In this document: positions 51,716 through 64,000 of the stretch, piece by piece
How positions within the stretch are numbered: the stretch's first letter is position 1
How the letters are laid out: each line of letters begins with the position of its first letter
Assembly (NCBI GenBank): GCA_965285935.1
Contig: OZ260662.1
Span: 100,812,001-100,876,000 of the forward strand
Length of the DNA: 64,000 bases
Direction: 5' to 3'
From: Ophelia neglecta
Lineage: Eukaryota
Notes under the pieces: generated by a model
The model's input: the letters and a program-made list of their open reading frames with translations, nothing else
The model's database searches: none
Told to the model about the DNA's origin: nothing
Position numbers and translations under genes: made by a program

Positions 51716-54700
51716 ATGACTACATTTTTAACGGCAATTGTAATATTCCTGGCTGGTGAGTTTAACACTTTGTATTATAGTGGTGAGGTTCTAACTGGGT
51801 AAGTTGTCATTACTGATATAACAAAACATTAAATTGGAATAACAAAATAAAAATAAATGACAAATGAATATTATGATATATATACATATAGATACATAGT
51901 CAATATATGCATGATTATAAAAAAGTGTACTAAGCTCTTTAAGTCATCGGAGAAAACTAGGCTAACTTCATGGAGCTCTTAATCACTAGAAACATACCAA
52001 GCCAAGTGTTCTTAATATGCCTCATTCTGCCTTACCATCACTCATCCGATGACGGGACAGCATCATAATGCTTCATTGTATGATTATGTAGTTTGCATTG
52101 TAACATAGTTTGTGTCCTGTGTTTCCAGCCTCAGCTGTGCATGCCGATCATTGGGCTCGCTTTGGCCATTCACGTACCCAAGAAACCCCTTTTCGTCATG
52201 GACATTCGGGAAATGGTCGATCTCACGCCGAACGCACAAATGGCCATCAGGAACACAGCCACTCTGAGCACAGTCATGAACACCACCCCCACTCAGATGA
52301 TGACCACGGTCTAACCAGAGTAATCCACGCCTACATCCACTCCCAAGGCGGCTACGACCATACTCATTCAGGGGGCCCAACCCCGCCAATAGGCGATCAT
52401 CACCATCATTACCATGGTCCAGTTCATGTTCACAACCATATGGATTCAGGGGAGTCTTCGGAGGAAGTTGAAATTGAAATAGATCCCGAGGCCAGCAAGA
52501 ACGAAGAAAAACAAGCATCTTCTGAGAATGATGAGAGAGTGTGGACTTTCCAGGTTGGCCATTTCCTCGCTCCATGGGAGTACATGTAAGGACTGTATAT
52601 ACATCATCATTCTTTGCCTTGAAAGTTTCCTTCTATTGTACATATACTTGTGCATTACGTTTAATATGTGTAGAACCAAAAGCAATAGTAAAATTGAAAT
52701 CAAAGAAAAATCGTGGTCGAAAATCTTTGCAAGAAGCTGAATACATCCCTAGTATAATGACGTCTTGCCGAAGAGCAGAGAAAAACGTTAAGGTGGTTTG
52801 ATTTATGCAGGCTCCTCGTCGCCGCCCTATTATACTATTAAATATGCATCTGTGTGTTTGCATCAGATTAACCTTTCTCGGTTTAAAAACTTATTTTTTT
52901 GACATTACAAACGGAAAATAGAATATTAGCAAGTCACAGTCCTTGACAGGCGTAAATATCACTGCATACATAAGTGTTTACACAATTTAGTACCTGCCGC
53001 AGGCGCCGAGTCACGCAAAAATATGAATTATACTTATGAATGCGGTGCAGTATTTTCGTTCGTAATTTATATGAATCAAATAAGTATTAAGCCAGCTCAA
53101 TCTAGCAAGTGTTAACCAAATAAATGGATTTGTCTTGAAGAGGAGTGCGATTAAAGCCCGGATTAATCTGTCTAGCATAAACATCCAACTTTCCTCTAGC
53201 CTGAACATATAAAAAGTCACAGTGTTTTTTAACTCCAATTACATTTAGAGAACACACATCGTTCTCCCACTTTAAATTACAATATTAGCCAGAATCCATC
53301 CTGAGAGGCAAGACACCTAATCTGAACTGGGCCGAAAGGCATCTGTGAGAACAATCCAACATTTAACATACGGTTCAAACTCATTGGAATACTTCATGAA
53401 CAACTGGACCTTCATTTTATCTTGTCAACTACATTTTTTTGTATTGTGCGTCATCAATACGATGCATGACCGCGGAATGACATTTTTAAAACTTCGACTC
53501 CACTGCCATTCATCGAAGACACATATTTAATACCTCAATATATTTTGTTTCCTTTCTCTATCAAAGAGATGATGAGGGGTACGTGAAAGGCTTCCATATA
53601 GATCTCCTGCAAGCTGGTAAGTGTTACTCCCTACATGCATGACGAGTATTTTATAAAAGTTTAAAGTAAACCAAACATTCTGATACAGGGCATCTTTGCA
53701 CAATAAGACTGCAAAACGAATAATTTCACTGGCTTCAATAATATTTGGGTCATTTAGATTCCCTTATTATTAAATATTTCCATTAAATTGGACATTAGAT
53801 GTCTTCTTACCTTTATGGAATTACTCGATACATTGTCAATATATACTGGAATACTACAAGAACTGCAACCTTTATTATTCCCTAGTTCCGTTGGTGTGAA
53901 TAATCTAACATCTAAATAGGTCTGATCAAATAAATATCACCTTATAACAATTCCAATGATAATAAGTAAAACGTTGACCTATTGCATGTCCCGCCAAAAC
54001 ACAACCCAACAAGGCAGACGTGAGAATGTGAAATTGGCCGTTTTATGTCTTAACGTAACCTTTTGATAAATGATTAACGAAATGTACTGATCGGTACGTA
54101 GGAACGTAGTGATTACCATCTAAAAGATGCTAAATTGTTTGTCGGCATTTCAACTGACACGCTGACTGAACCATTTTAACAATCAAGGAATCAATCAAAG
54201 TTACAAACCGGCATAGTGCTAAATGCAATAAGGCATAACTGAGCGTCCGTATCGAAGCCTTTAGGTCCGTTACACATGTACACCGGGTGAAACTGACCCA
54301 TATTTGGGCGATAACCTCTTCACGACCTTTACGCTGGGAGTAGGAATCAACGAGCAGCATTCACCATGACAGGCGATACAACACAATCCTGCTAGCTCAA
54401 TTTTGGCCAAACTTTTTGGGGATTTACTGTGCTTAATATTGTATATATTGTAAGTAAATTTAAGGTTTCAATTGTTTGTTTTTATTCTTTTTTTTTTGCA
54501 TACGATCAATGTGTTATATACGAGGGGAGGGGGGGGGGCAGATTTGCTTCACAACACCAAGGTCAAGGATTATTTTACTTTATTATGTTTCTCTCTGTGC
54601 TTGTGACGTTACCTACGTTAAGTTAAGCCGTTTTCGCAAGACGACGCCATAACAAGGACCTCATTCCTCAGCTTAGCATTGTATATATCAAATACGAGCC

Positions 54701-57142
54701 TCTCAGTGTTCTCTTTTTTAACATAAAAATGCCGTCAGCAGAAGTTCACTCTGAAAGTTTGCTTCATTTATTTTTCGTTTTGTAGTCTGCCACGAGGCCG
54801 GTAAGAGATGCCACTACATGCTGGATGATGTTCAACACTGCTGGGATACGTCCGAGGAGATGTCTCTCCCGGGTATTGGTAAGATATGTCAACAGCCTTT
54901 GGGAATTCAAATGTAGCGCGTGCTTCTACTTTTAATTATAAATAACAAAAAATGTCTATCTGAAAACAAAATTTACACTTAATGCAATACATTGCCTGTA
55001 CATTGCAATACATTGCCTGTAAATGTGGCAACCACAAATATGAACGTTCCTTGATATTGGTCCTTTTTGAAACTACCTCTTAAGCCTCCTCGTATTAAGG
55101 CTCCTGGTAATGCTATTACAATGACACTATGAGCTTATACTCCTTTGTATTTGTCGGATATTTCTAAATAATGATTCAGCTATGTTTTGACATTTAGCTC
55201 GCAAACTGAACGAAAGACTTGTCTTGTCAAAGTCCAATTGTGAGTTTCGGCTAGGTTATGTAGGAGTATCTTACATGTTCTAAACCACTCCACTGTAGGG
55301 TTATTGGACCGCTGGTACGACGGCTGTATCGGAATGTTTGCCAGTCCAGAGCGACTGAATAGTTTCAACTTTACAATCCCATTTACCCCAAATATGGAGG
55401 TTGGCCTTTACTATCGATCTGGAGAGGTACCAATGAATCCCCAAAATCTCACTGGCAAGAAAATAGGTAGGATATATATACTAATTTGCGTTGGTAACAC
55501 CGGTACTTTTCATTCCATATTACAAAAAAAGTAAATTTAAATATTCCCTTTTTAATTATTATATATCGTTTTACCATTACTAAGCACTAATTACGCTGTT
55601 TCCGCTGAGAAATCAAATCCTTTTATCAAATGTCAGAGGCAGCTCCACCTCGGTTATTTTGACTGAGTTCTAATAAAACGTAGCCTACCTATTCTTAGCT
55701 ATTGTGTTGTTATAATACAGGTATTATCAAATTACTGGCTGGCGAGGAATGTCTGTCCAGACAGGGCGGGTTTACAGGTAACAAGCAGGGAGAATACATT
55801 CCTGTCATATACGACACACCCACGCAACTCATCATGGGACTTCGAAAAGTAGAGGTAAGTTCTTATTAGAATATTCGTCGAGTGAGACCTGATTATTATG
55901 ATGATATTGCAGAATATAGCAGATATAGCGCGATGGCCGATCGGTCCAGACTATACGTCCAGGGTATCGCTTGCGGACAGAGGGTTTTATGCGTTTCCAT
56001 TGGCAAGGTCGTTAATAACAATTTGGCGAGTGGATACCTGGCGGACAAGTGAATAGTCGTCTTTGAAGCTAAATGCGGCTGTTCCTTGTTTGATATCTGT
56101 GGCGTTGAGATGGTTCAGGAACAAAATGTATAAACAGGTCTAGGTGATTTAGGGGTAATTTTTACGGTTTTGCGAGCAGACCTAGACTAGACTGGAGCAA
56201 GATGTACATTTACCTTCAAAAACGCCAAAATGGTAAAATCAAAATATGCAGTTGCAGCAATTTAAACGTTCTGAACCTGTTTCGAACAGATAGTCGTCTT
56301 CTTTCTTTGTCTCATACTGATATATTACCAAATATTAGGAGAGTTCACGTATTTATCATTGACGCTTCACTGCAAAGCTAATATCAAAATATTAATTCCA
56401 GATTGATGCTTTTCTTGCCCCAAATGCATTCGACGCGGCAACACAGCAACATATGGGGCTAGAAGCCGTCGAACCTTGGTTCTTCTGTACTACTCATGGT
56501 AAAGGACTTTACGCCTTTATATAATCTATCAATTTGGTAATTTATGTAATTCCCCAATCTTATATTAATGTTGCATGTTTCCATTTCTACCATTCCAGGA
56601 GGCTCAGTGATGACGCGTTACGGCAGTCCACTCATTGACTGGTGGAACGAGGCCTTCCAGAATCTGGTGGACACTGGAGAATACTCTAGACTGTGTTCCA
56701 GGGCCAGAAGAATACACGGTCAGTTAATGTCACACACTCTGTATATTCCTATAACTTGGTCTTCTACGTCAATAACTTTATATCATTATTTTTATTTAGG
56801 ATTAAATAAATTGTAGCGCAATTGGTTAGATTAATGGCTGGTGTTGGGTCCCTTCGGCGTAAAATAATTTAAATATCCAAATAAACGAGACGAAAATAAA
56901 AGCTCTCGCCACACCGCTTTTTGTCCCGAGTGCGAATTATAGACTAATTTCTCAAGAAAATAGTAAATATTTACATCTAATTAGATAACAAATGGGATAA
57001 AAGTATTTTAGACTTCCTTATAGTTATCTTACTAGAGGTATTGTATGTGTTATTTATGACACTTTTATTTTCTTAATCATCGGCGACTGACTTTCTTTCA
57101 GGTTCCCGAAGCAGAGTGTTTTGTTTGGGGGATGGCATATAG
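51716..57142 (+). CDS. Secreted solute-binding protein-like (PBP2 fold), paralog B with His-rich N-terminal extension, 399 aa; join(51716..51755,52129..52585,53567..53616,54786..54878,55299..55466,55721..55854,56402..56498,56599..56718,57102..57142)
   Basis: All introns are GT-AG and the frame is open throughout. Signal peptide MTTFLTAIVIFLAASAVHA, then a His-rich tract and an acidic linker. SBP3-like motifs follow: PWEYIDDEGYVKGFHIDLLQAVC, PERLNSFNFTIPF, LTGKKIG, YDTPTQLIMGLRKVEIDA, WNEAFQNLVDTGEY. AATAAA near 57293. Confidence 0.9.
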
Positions 57143-58616
57143 GAACACTGCTCGTGGATAGAAAAGAACATTGTGCAGAATTATTCGCACTCTTGCTAAG
57201 AGTAATTTGGGTTCTTTAGTTGTATCAATTGTGTTATTTCTTTTCAGCTTATGATAAACGAACTTGAAATGCATGGCATAACGTTTTAATTGAATAAACA
57301 GCTAAATCGTGTATATTCACGTTTTCTGCATATTTATAATGAGAAAATAATATATTTACGTCTTTCCCTGTTGGTGAATGGTTGATGTTTACATCATGGT
57401 GTCGGGCTATCTATTATGTTTAAAATTGCTTCGAATTTAATAATTCCTTATTCATTACATACCTCTTAAATTACGCTTATGCTCTAAGCAGTTTGCCATA
57501 AATCAACGAGACCGAGAAATCAATGTGTCATTTGACATATGTGGTACCCATATCAAATTCCCAGCATAACGTTCTGCAAAACTCAAATATGCTCTAGCCC
57601 ACGTTTTATCCTAAGAAAAATTCGCACTTAGCTGACTTAACACCCCTTCCATATATTCATTAGTAGAAAATCATATTTTCTCATATGAACTGCCCGGCAA
57701 AAATAGTTAATTCGGTGCCTACATAGGAAGCATTGTAGTTTGCGGTCTAGAACCTTGCCTTCGGCGCAATGTGGATCTTCCTCTCTCCATTTATAAATAT
57801 GAGACTAAAAAATCATCATTCATAAAATGTTTTTTAAAACAGTCAGAAATTAAACATCAAGGCATAAAAAATGCTGGCATATTGATAACGAGTTGATTTG
57901 TCTGGTTTGAAGTGACTAACTAAATTGTTTAGGGTATACTCGACAAGCCATTAGCCTGGTCAAAAACAATTCTATGTTGACAATAAGAAAATATGGTTTG
58001 GCATAGTTAAGGGATTTATAATATGAGTATTATCCGTATGCTTTCTAGACTCTTTTCACTTATTCTAGGCAAAAAATAATAGATCTCTTCCGGATAAAAA
58101 TGATCAGTGGTCAATGATGCCTACTTAAATCGGACTGCATGTTGAATCAACCACGAATCAGTTGGAATTTTCTATGACTGAGAGAACTATTTGAACCCTG
58201 TTATTTTTCGAATTATTATTGATCGGTTTCAATTACTAACCGGGTATAAATCACTCGTCACCTAGTTGGACATGCTCCATGTTTAAGAATTCTAAGGTTT
58301 GTTGTTTAAGTTGTGTTTATCAGCTCTGACACATATATCAGTACAACCGACTTTACAAAACGGTAAATAAATCGGTGAGTGTTATCACAGGGCAGCAAGG
58401 TTATGTGACTCCCCCCATTGTGTTGTCAAAAAAATATTTATCGCTGCTTTTCTACTGTATGTTTGGACTTGATCAAGATAACCCAGATCCCGCCCAAGAA
58501 AGCTACAAAGACCAAAATAAACGTACTTTGCTGATGTATTAGTGTTTATATACAGCCCCTCGACAGGGCATTGCCTGAGTTGATTGATGTAGGCGACTTT
58601 CAACTGCTCTGAAGTA

Positions 58617-59191
58617 CAGTGAAACCAGTGTTTGTGGTCACCTGTGTAATAAGGTCACCTGTCCACTAAGGTCACTAAATAATTGTCTGATCCCCATTAA
58701 TGCCTGTGTTACATGACCTGCCTATTGGGCCACCTGTATAATATGTTCAGTTATTTCCAGTCCCTCGACTTAGGGAGCGTTCATTATTTATGGCCGGGGG
58801 GGGGGGGGTGGTAAATTTGGGGGGACAGTTTTTTTTCAACCCATTTCCATGGGGGGGACAGTTTTTTTTCAACCCATTTCCATGGGGGGGACAGTTTTTT
58901 TTTAGTCTATTCACAGGGTGCGCAATTTTATTTAGAAATATATATTGTACAAAAGTGTGTAGTGAAATTGATAAAACTTAGCCAAATTCTGTCTTTGATG
59001 GGGGGGGGGGCAATTTTTTTCCACCTATTTCTGAGGGGGGGGGGGCAATTTTTTTCCCACCTATTTCCAGGGGGGGGCAATTTTTTTTTGACGTACTCAT
59101 TTCAAAAATTTACCACCCCCACCCCCACCCCACCCCCCCCCCCGGCCATAAATAATGAACGCTCCCTTACATGATTAGACAGGTCTCACTG
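58617..59191. mobile_element. CAGTG-ended MITE (TA TSD) hosting a nested insertion
   Basis: ta-cagtgaaacc...ggtctcactg-ta with internal ggtcacctg repeats. Confidence 0.7.
58773..59166. mobile_element. PIF/Harbinger-like MITE nested in the CAGTG MITE
   Basis: Perfect TIR gggagcgttcattatttatggccggggg / cccccggccataaataatgaacgctccc with TTA TSD. Internal ~33-bp tandem repeats ggggacagttttttttcaacccatttccat. Confidence 0.85.
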
Positions 59192-60196
59192 TACATTATA
59201 TACAATACGAAAACTAATTTTAACACATTTAACATGACGCATTTCTAATAGTTTTTCCTGTGATGCGGAAAGCGTGGCTTTTGGACCTTTCCATGTTTTT
59301 CGTACATCTACATCCAAATTTAGATTTCAACCTCGAACAAAAAATAGACCCTGTGGATGCGAGGGTGCGATGGCGGGAGGAGGGGAGTACCAGGTTGCGG
59401 GGGGGGGGGGAAATAAGGTCTGCCGGGGAGCGTGGGTGGGAGGGGCACAGAAGTGGCTAGCCACGAATGGCTGGGGATGCTTAGGGAAGGAAGGGGACGT
59501 AATTGACGTTCTCGGGGTTTAGATGGGATAGGATGCTGAGGGGGTAGGGATCTGTTGGCAGTAAGTTCTTGCCCGGGAAAAACGTGCCGTTAGGAACCAA
59601 AAGATTAGAATTAAGCGAGCGACGCTAAATAGTCTTCCTAGTAACTATTAATAATTGACAGTACACTGTAGTGTGTTTTACATAATTACCAATCCAATTT
59701 TTGTTCCACCAACATCATTTTAACATGAACTCTCATAACACAATATCATCCCATCCCCAGAAATTTAGATATGCGGTCCCTTTGTTGGAGAACTGAGCTT
59801 GTGTTATTTATATACAAACTGATGGATTTTGAGTACCAATGCTTCAGTTTAAACCTTAGTTTTATTATGCTTAGTTCCCATGGGGACCTTGAGTCTCATT
59901 TTCTATGACAAATCGAAGGTCGAAAATAGGTGTTTATAAATACTTGTAAGGTCACTAATTAGTTAGTCGTGCCCTAGTTAAAAGAGTTTCTTTTTAATAT
60001 CCAAAAGTTTTGGTGGATTTTAATGAGAATATATACCCGGCAGACCCAGCCAGATAATTAACCCAGAATAGTTCATTTATCCGTCCGAAGTCGCCAGGAA
60101 CCAGCTTAACAATGCAAGATGGGCCGATCAAATAAATTGACCGCTAATTAGAGATGCTAAGCATGAAATGCAGTGCTGTATTGTACATAGATAATG

Positions 60197-60384
60197 CCCG
60201 GGGGGGGGGGGGGCACTCAGTCTAGAAATTGGGACATATTGGCCACCCAGTCTGAAAATCCCAGGCGCAAACATGGACGTAGTTCGAAAACAGGGATTCG
60301 AAATTCTACATAGGTCGAAAAAGGGTGGTCGAAACGGCGGCACATATATAACAACCTCAGTATACAGAGTTGGGGGGGGGGGGG
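60197..60384. mobile_element. Probable short non-autonomous repeat (cccggggggg-cactc type)
   Basis: Starts cccggggggggggggcactcag and ends cagagttgggggggggggg. Resembles short interspersed elements of marine invertebrates, but TIR and TSD are not clean. Confidence 0.35.
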
Positions 60385-63300
60385 TATGATGCAAAATGGA
60401 CATGTAAAATGTGTTAAAACACTAATCCAAGGAATCCCATGGTAATGGCGATATGGGATAAATAATAATCAGATAATCAGGCAGGGGCGGTTTGCTAAAT
60501 GGAACAACGCGGACAGCGGGACAATTGGCAGAACCGGCAGACAATGGACGAAATTGCTATTAGGTGCTGCGCCTAAATAATTGTGCGTTATATTAATTTG
60601 TCCTAAAAAGTGAGATCAAATGTTCAATTTCAACATGGGTCGTTTTATTGTCGTATGTGACAAGAATGATATTTGTCCTTTTCAAAAATTATTGGGGGGA
60701 GGAGGGGAGGTCACTGTCTCAAATCAAACTGGCAGTTAATACCCGGGCCCTTGGCCCCGGAACACAATAATCCGCAGTAATAAATAGCATATGCCTATAT
60801 ATCACGTAATTCAATCCAGCCTTTCTGCGCGAACGCCATGTTCGGCAGCCAAGAAACCGAGCACAAAACCAACAGTAGGCTAGATAATATTCAATATTTG
60901 ACGAAATCTTATTTTAAGCTGATTGTGAATAATTAATAGCCAGCGTCGGCATAGAAGCGACATGCGTAACACTAAGAAAACATGAGTGTTATTTCATCGC
61001 TCCAAAGTTATTGTGGAATATATGCTTTGTTAACTGGCGCGTGACCATTGAAATCTTAGAATTCAAAATTCTTTAGGGGAAATTTCATGTTGCATAGCGT
61101 CACAGCTTGTAGTACATCAGAGGCGAAATGGCCTGTTCCAAATAACTGGCTAAGACGTTGTTGTTACTGTTTGGTAGTTCATTTTGTTGCTGTTATCTGC
61201 ACATTTGCTCTCGTTCCATTCAATATATATATACAGGGATTTACTTATTTCATCGCACTCTCATCTAGAGGTGGTACATCTAATAACCGACTAGAGTGAC
61301 CTGGTTTTTTTTCAATTGGGTTAAACAGACAAATTTTACAAATCATGTCAGCTGGTGGATTCAAAAGGCTCTCTGGAGAAGACTGGGGCAGTTTGACGGA
61401 TCATTACAGTGGATTCACGCAAAATACGAGGATATGTATGGAGGTATGATGTATGGATATTTGTCAAATTTGGGAGCTAATAATGTATCGAATACACGGT
61501 AAAATATTTTGCAAACATAGGAAACAGATGTCTAATCCCTCCGCTATTCTTATAAAAGCGACTTTTCAGATTTGAACGTTAACGATAAACATGATGTCGA
61601 CAACTTTTACTGATGCATCTTGCATGTGTGTTGAAAGTTATTTATTTCAAATTTCAATTATTTACGCGCAATGTCCCTTTAGCCCCACCAGAATCCTTAG
61701 GAAGCCAAGCAATTTATTGATTAATTACTTGTCAATGTATAATCCCATTGAGTTTATTTAAGCCGAAAGCAGTAAAAAAAAGGAAGGAAAGCAATATTGA
61801 TAAGGCAATTCAATCATGCACGAGTGTACATTGTCACGCATGGCTCAAAGCCTGCAATTAAAAAAGGACTTAGGTCACTTCACCTCGTCCATGCTTGTGC
61901 TAATTACACCTTAACAGGATAATTTTCATTCTATTTATGATATTTTCCAAATTGATACCCTAAAACGGCTTTTGTTTAAAGCTGAAGCGCGGAGCCTAGC
62001 GGAGATATATCTCGAAATTAGAACACTAGAGCACTAGACATATTAAACTAGTTCCCTAACCTGTTCCCTGACCCTTAAAGTAAGCCTCAGCCCTAACCCT
62101 AGCCTTGCAGGCGCTATTTCGTTTCCTATCATTTTAAAAAAACCCATGACCTCCGAGTCCGCATAGTTTCCGCACGTAAAACTCTTAAAACTGTAGTCCT
62201 AAAATAATCTGAAATGCTGTGATAACTATATTGTCCGCCAGCGGACCTCTATGATTGGTTAATTCCCTGCCTTAACTCGCCCTATCTAGACCCAGTCGTA
62301 TAGTGCCTGCTCAGCTCCCAGAGAGGCACAGAATCTCGTGTATGTACAAAAAATGTACTGTTCCCAGGATAAATATATTATGTCACCCATAATAACGGAA
62401 AATGAGGACTACACCCCCTTTTTCCATTACTAATAGTTTTAGTGAATAAGCCAAGGAAACATAAACATATTAAAGAGCTTTTAATTTTGTAGACGATAAT
62501 GCCTGCCTTTTAGGAGTATACACGTTAAAGACGTCACCAATGGGGCGACACTTTATGCACAATTGCAAAATCACTAAGCTAGATTAAATGATTGATATAT
62601 CGTGCTTATATTTACACGGTTAACACATTTGTGCAATATTTAACTATCAATTTAAATAAGCTTCGAGATTAGCTTGGCTTGTATCCAATAAACAATCAAC
62701 AAGTAGATATGTGTTGCAGCTGCGCAGTGGTGACTTCCTCCCCGCCCGAGATTAGTTGCCTGTTTTATATTGCGTCTTCAACTTTTTTTTACAGCTATGA
62801 TTAGAGGAAAATAAACTTGTCTTCGCCCTATCCTTTTGATGGTAAGTTCCAGTCGCCCCAATGCTCTAGAGCGGCTACATATAATACACGTTAATAGGTT
62901 TGGAAGAAACTTAAATGATTAACTCCTACCTCGTGCTAGCATTTTGAATTTAGGATAGAGCTGCAATGAGAGAAAACAGCTGTCCTAAGAGGGTATTAAT
63001 GAGAGCTAACACAATGTTTCTGCAATGTGTTTGCTTTAATAAAATTTCAAATTGAGTAACGAATAAACGTATGAATTAGCAAATAACGGGGTGGAAAAAG
63101 GAGACCTTTTATACTGCAGCCGAAATTTTAAAATCCTACGTTAGGTTGTTTGATTTAAACATAGTGCACAATGCTTGCATAGGTTGCATGACGATAAATA
63201 AGAAGTTAACAAGCATTTATTCGATGGAGGTCCAAGGCAGGGTATTTCCCTACTAAGCTTATTTGTGTCCTTAACTTCCTTTCAATGATATTGCCTGAAG

Positions 63301-64000
63301 AAATCCGTCCTCTTTTACACAACCAAAACAGGTATACAACTTTAACAGGATGTTGTATTTGTTCAAAAAAGCAGTTCTTTGATGTCAGATATATTATCCA
63401 AACATGCATTGTGAAGCTGATATCAAATGTAAGTTCGTGTCCCCTAATTCAAAGTTGCAACTGTATTTTGCACATAAGTTTAACTGATGATCGTTAGCTT
63501 GATTATCTGGGTGTAACCGCACCGCCCCAGGCCTTTAACAGCAATCGTTGATGCTTTTTTACAATAAAATCGAGAGACCGGGCTATAATAAGCATAGTCA
63601 TATGATGATTTTGTCGTGCAGAAAAATGATAAGTATTTCCTATAAAACTGTACACAGAACACACGAATCTTCTATGCGGGAAATAGGATATATTTACGAA
63701 TAGCTGAGGCGATAAATCAGTTTTACCCATAATGAATGCTAGACGAGTCCGTGGGGTAGATTGTTGCAGTTTGCAGGATACATTCTATCATATAGTCGTT
63801 ATCTTGTACTGAGAGATTATTCGCACGCAAGGCAGTCGAAATAACGCGCAACCATTTGTAACATTATAATTCTAAAGTTAAGGAAGAGCATTGAAAAGCG
63901 TTAAAATATCATCGTAAAAATTCTATATATTTATAGCGAAGGTGGCGTGCGACATACACAGTGAGACAGAATATGTAGAAGTAAGAGAAATTGTATATCT

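Noticed and set aside
52084-52575. 163-aa minus-strand ORF
   Set aside because: Antisense shadow of the His-rich exon.
44598-57142. Bacterial contamination or an ABC-transporter operon as the source of the SBP-like genes
   Set aside because: Each gene has eight spliceosomal introns, poly(A) signals and animal neighbours, MITEs occur in the introns of A and C, and there are no permease or ATPase genes.
44598-57142. Ionotropic glutamate receptor / IR ligand-binding domain
   Set aside because: The domain is continuous with no M1-M3 insertion between the lobes, and the stop follows directly after the last helix.
4357-57142. GPCR, SLC16, EF-hand and SBP genes as one functional signalling module
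   Set aside because: Tempting (binder, receptor, Ca2+ sensor, transporter), but adjacency in an animal genome is weak evidence, the transporter is dead, and I see no shared regulatory elements. Co-expression or conserved synteny would be needed.
59370-59550. G-rich potential G-quadruplex
   Set aside because: Poly-G/C tracts are common throughout this window and mostly repeat-associated; no functional context.
62070-62105. Telomere-like ccctaa repeats
   Set aside because: Only two or three degenerate units; not an array.

Overview
AT-rich, intron-containing animal genomic DNA; gene content suggests a marine invertebrate, probably a lophotrochozoan (inference). The ORF track mostly misses the genes because they are spliced, so I rebuilt them by hand from GT/GC-AG sites and reading-frame continuity. 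(1) A two-exon minus-strand gene (4357-12305) for a ~2021-aa GRL101-like class A GPCR: signal peptide, CUB-like, C-type lectin, LDLa, LRR, 7TM. (2) A near-identical tandem duplication (12347-22830) carrying a DIRS-type retroelement remnant, an SLC16/MCT pseudogene and EF-hand pseudo-exons. (3) A four-exon, 143-aa calmodulin-like EF-hand gene on the minus strand (26473-31816). (4) The most striking element: a cluster of stand-alone, secreted, nine-exon proteins resembling bacterial family-3 periplasmic solute-binding proteins (PBP2 fold). It has two intact paralogs (44598-49504, 321 aa; 51716-57142, 399 aa with a His-rich N-terminal extension) and one inverted pseudogene (37945-42479) overlapped by a second 1.8-kb tandem duplication. 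MITEs, a LINE 3' end and degenerate satellites fill the spacers. No rRNA, tRNA or CRISPR array was recognised. All family assignments come from motif recognition by eye; no database search was run.
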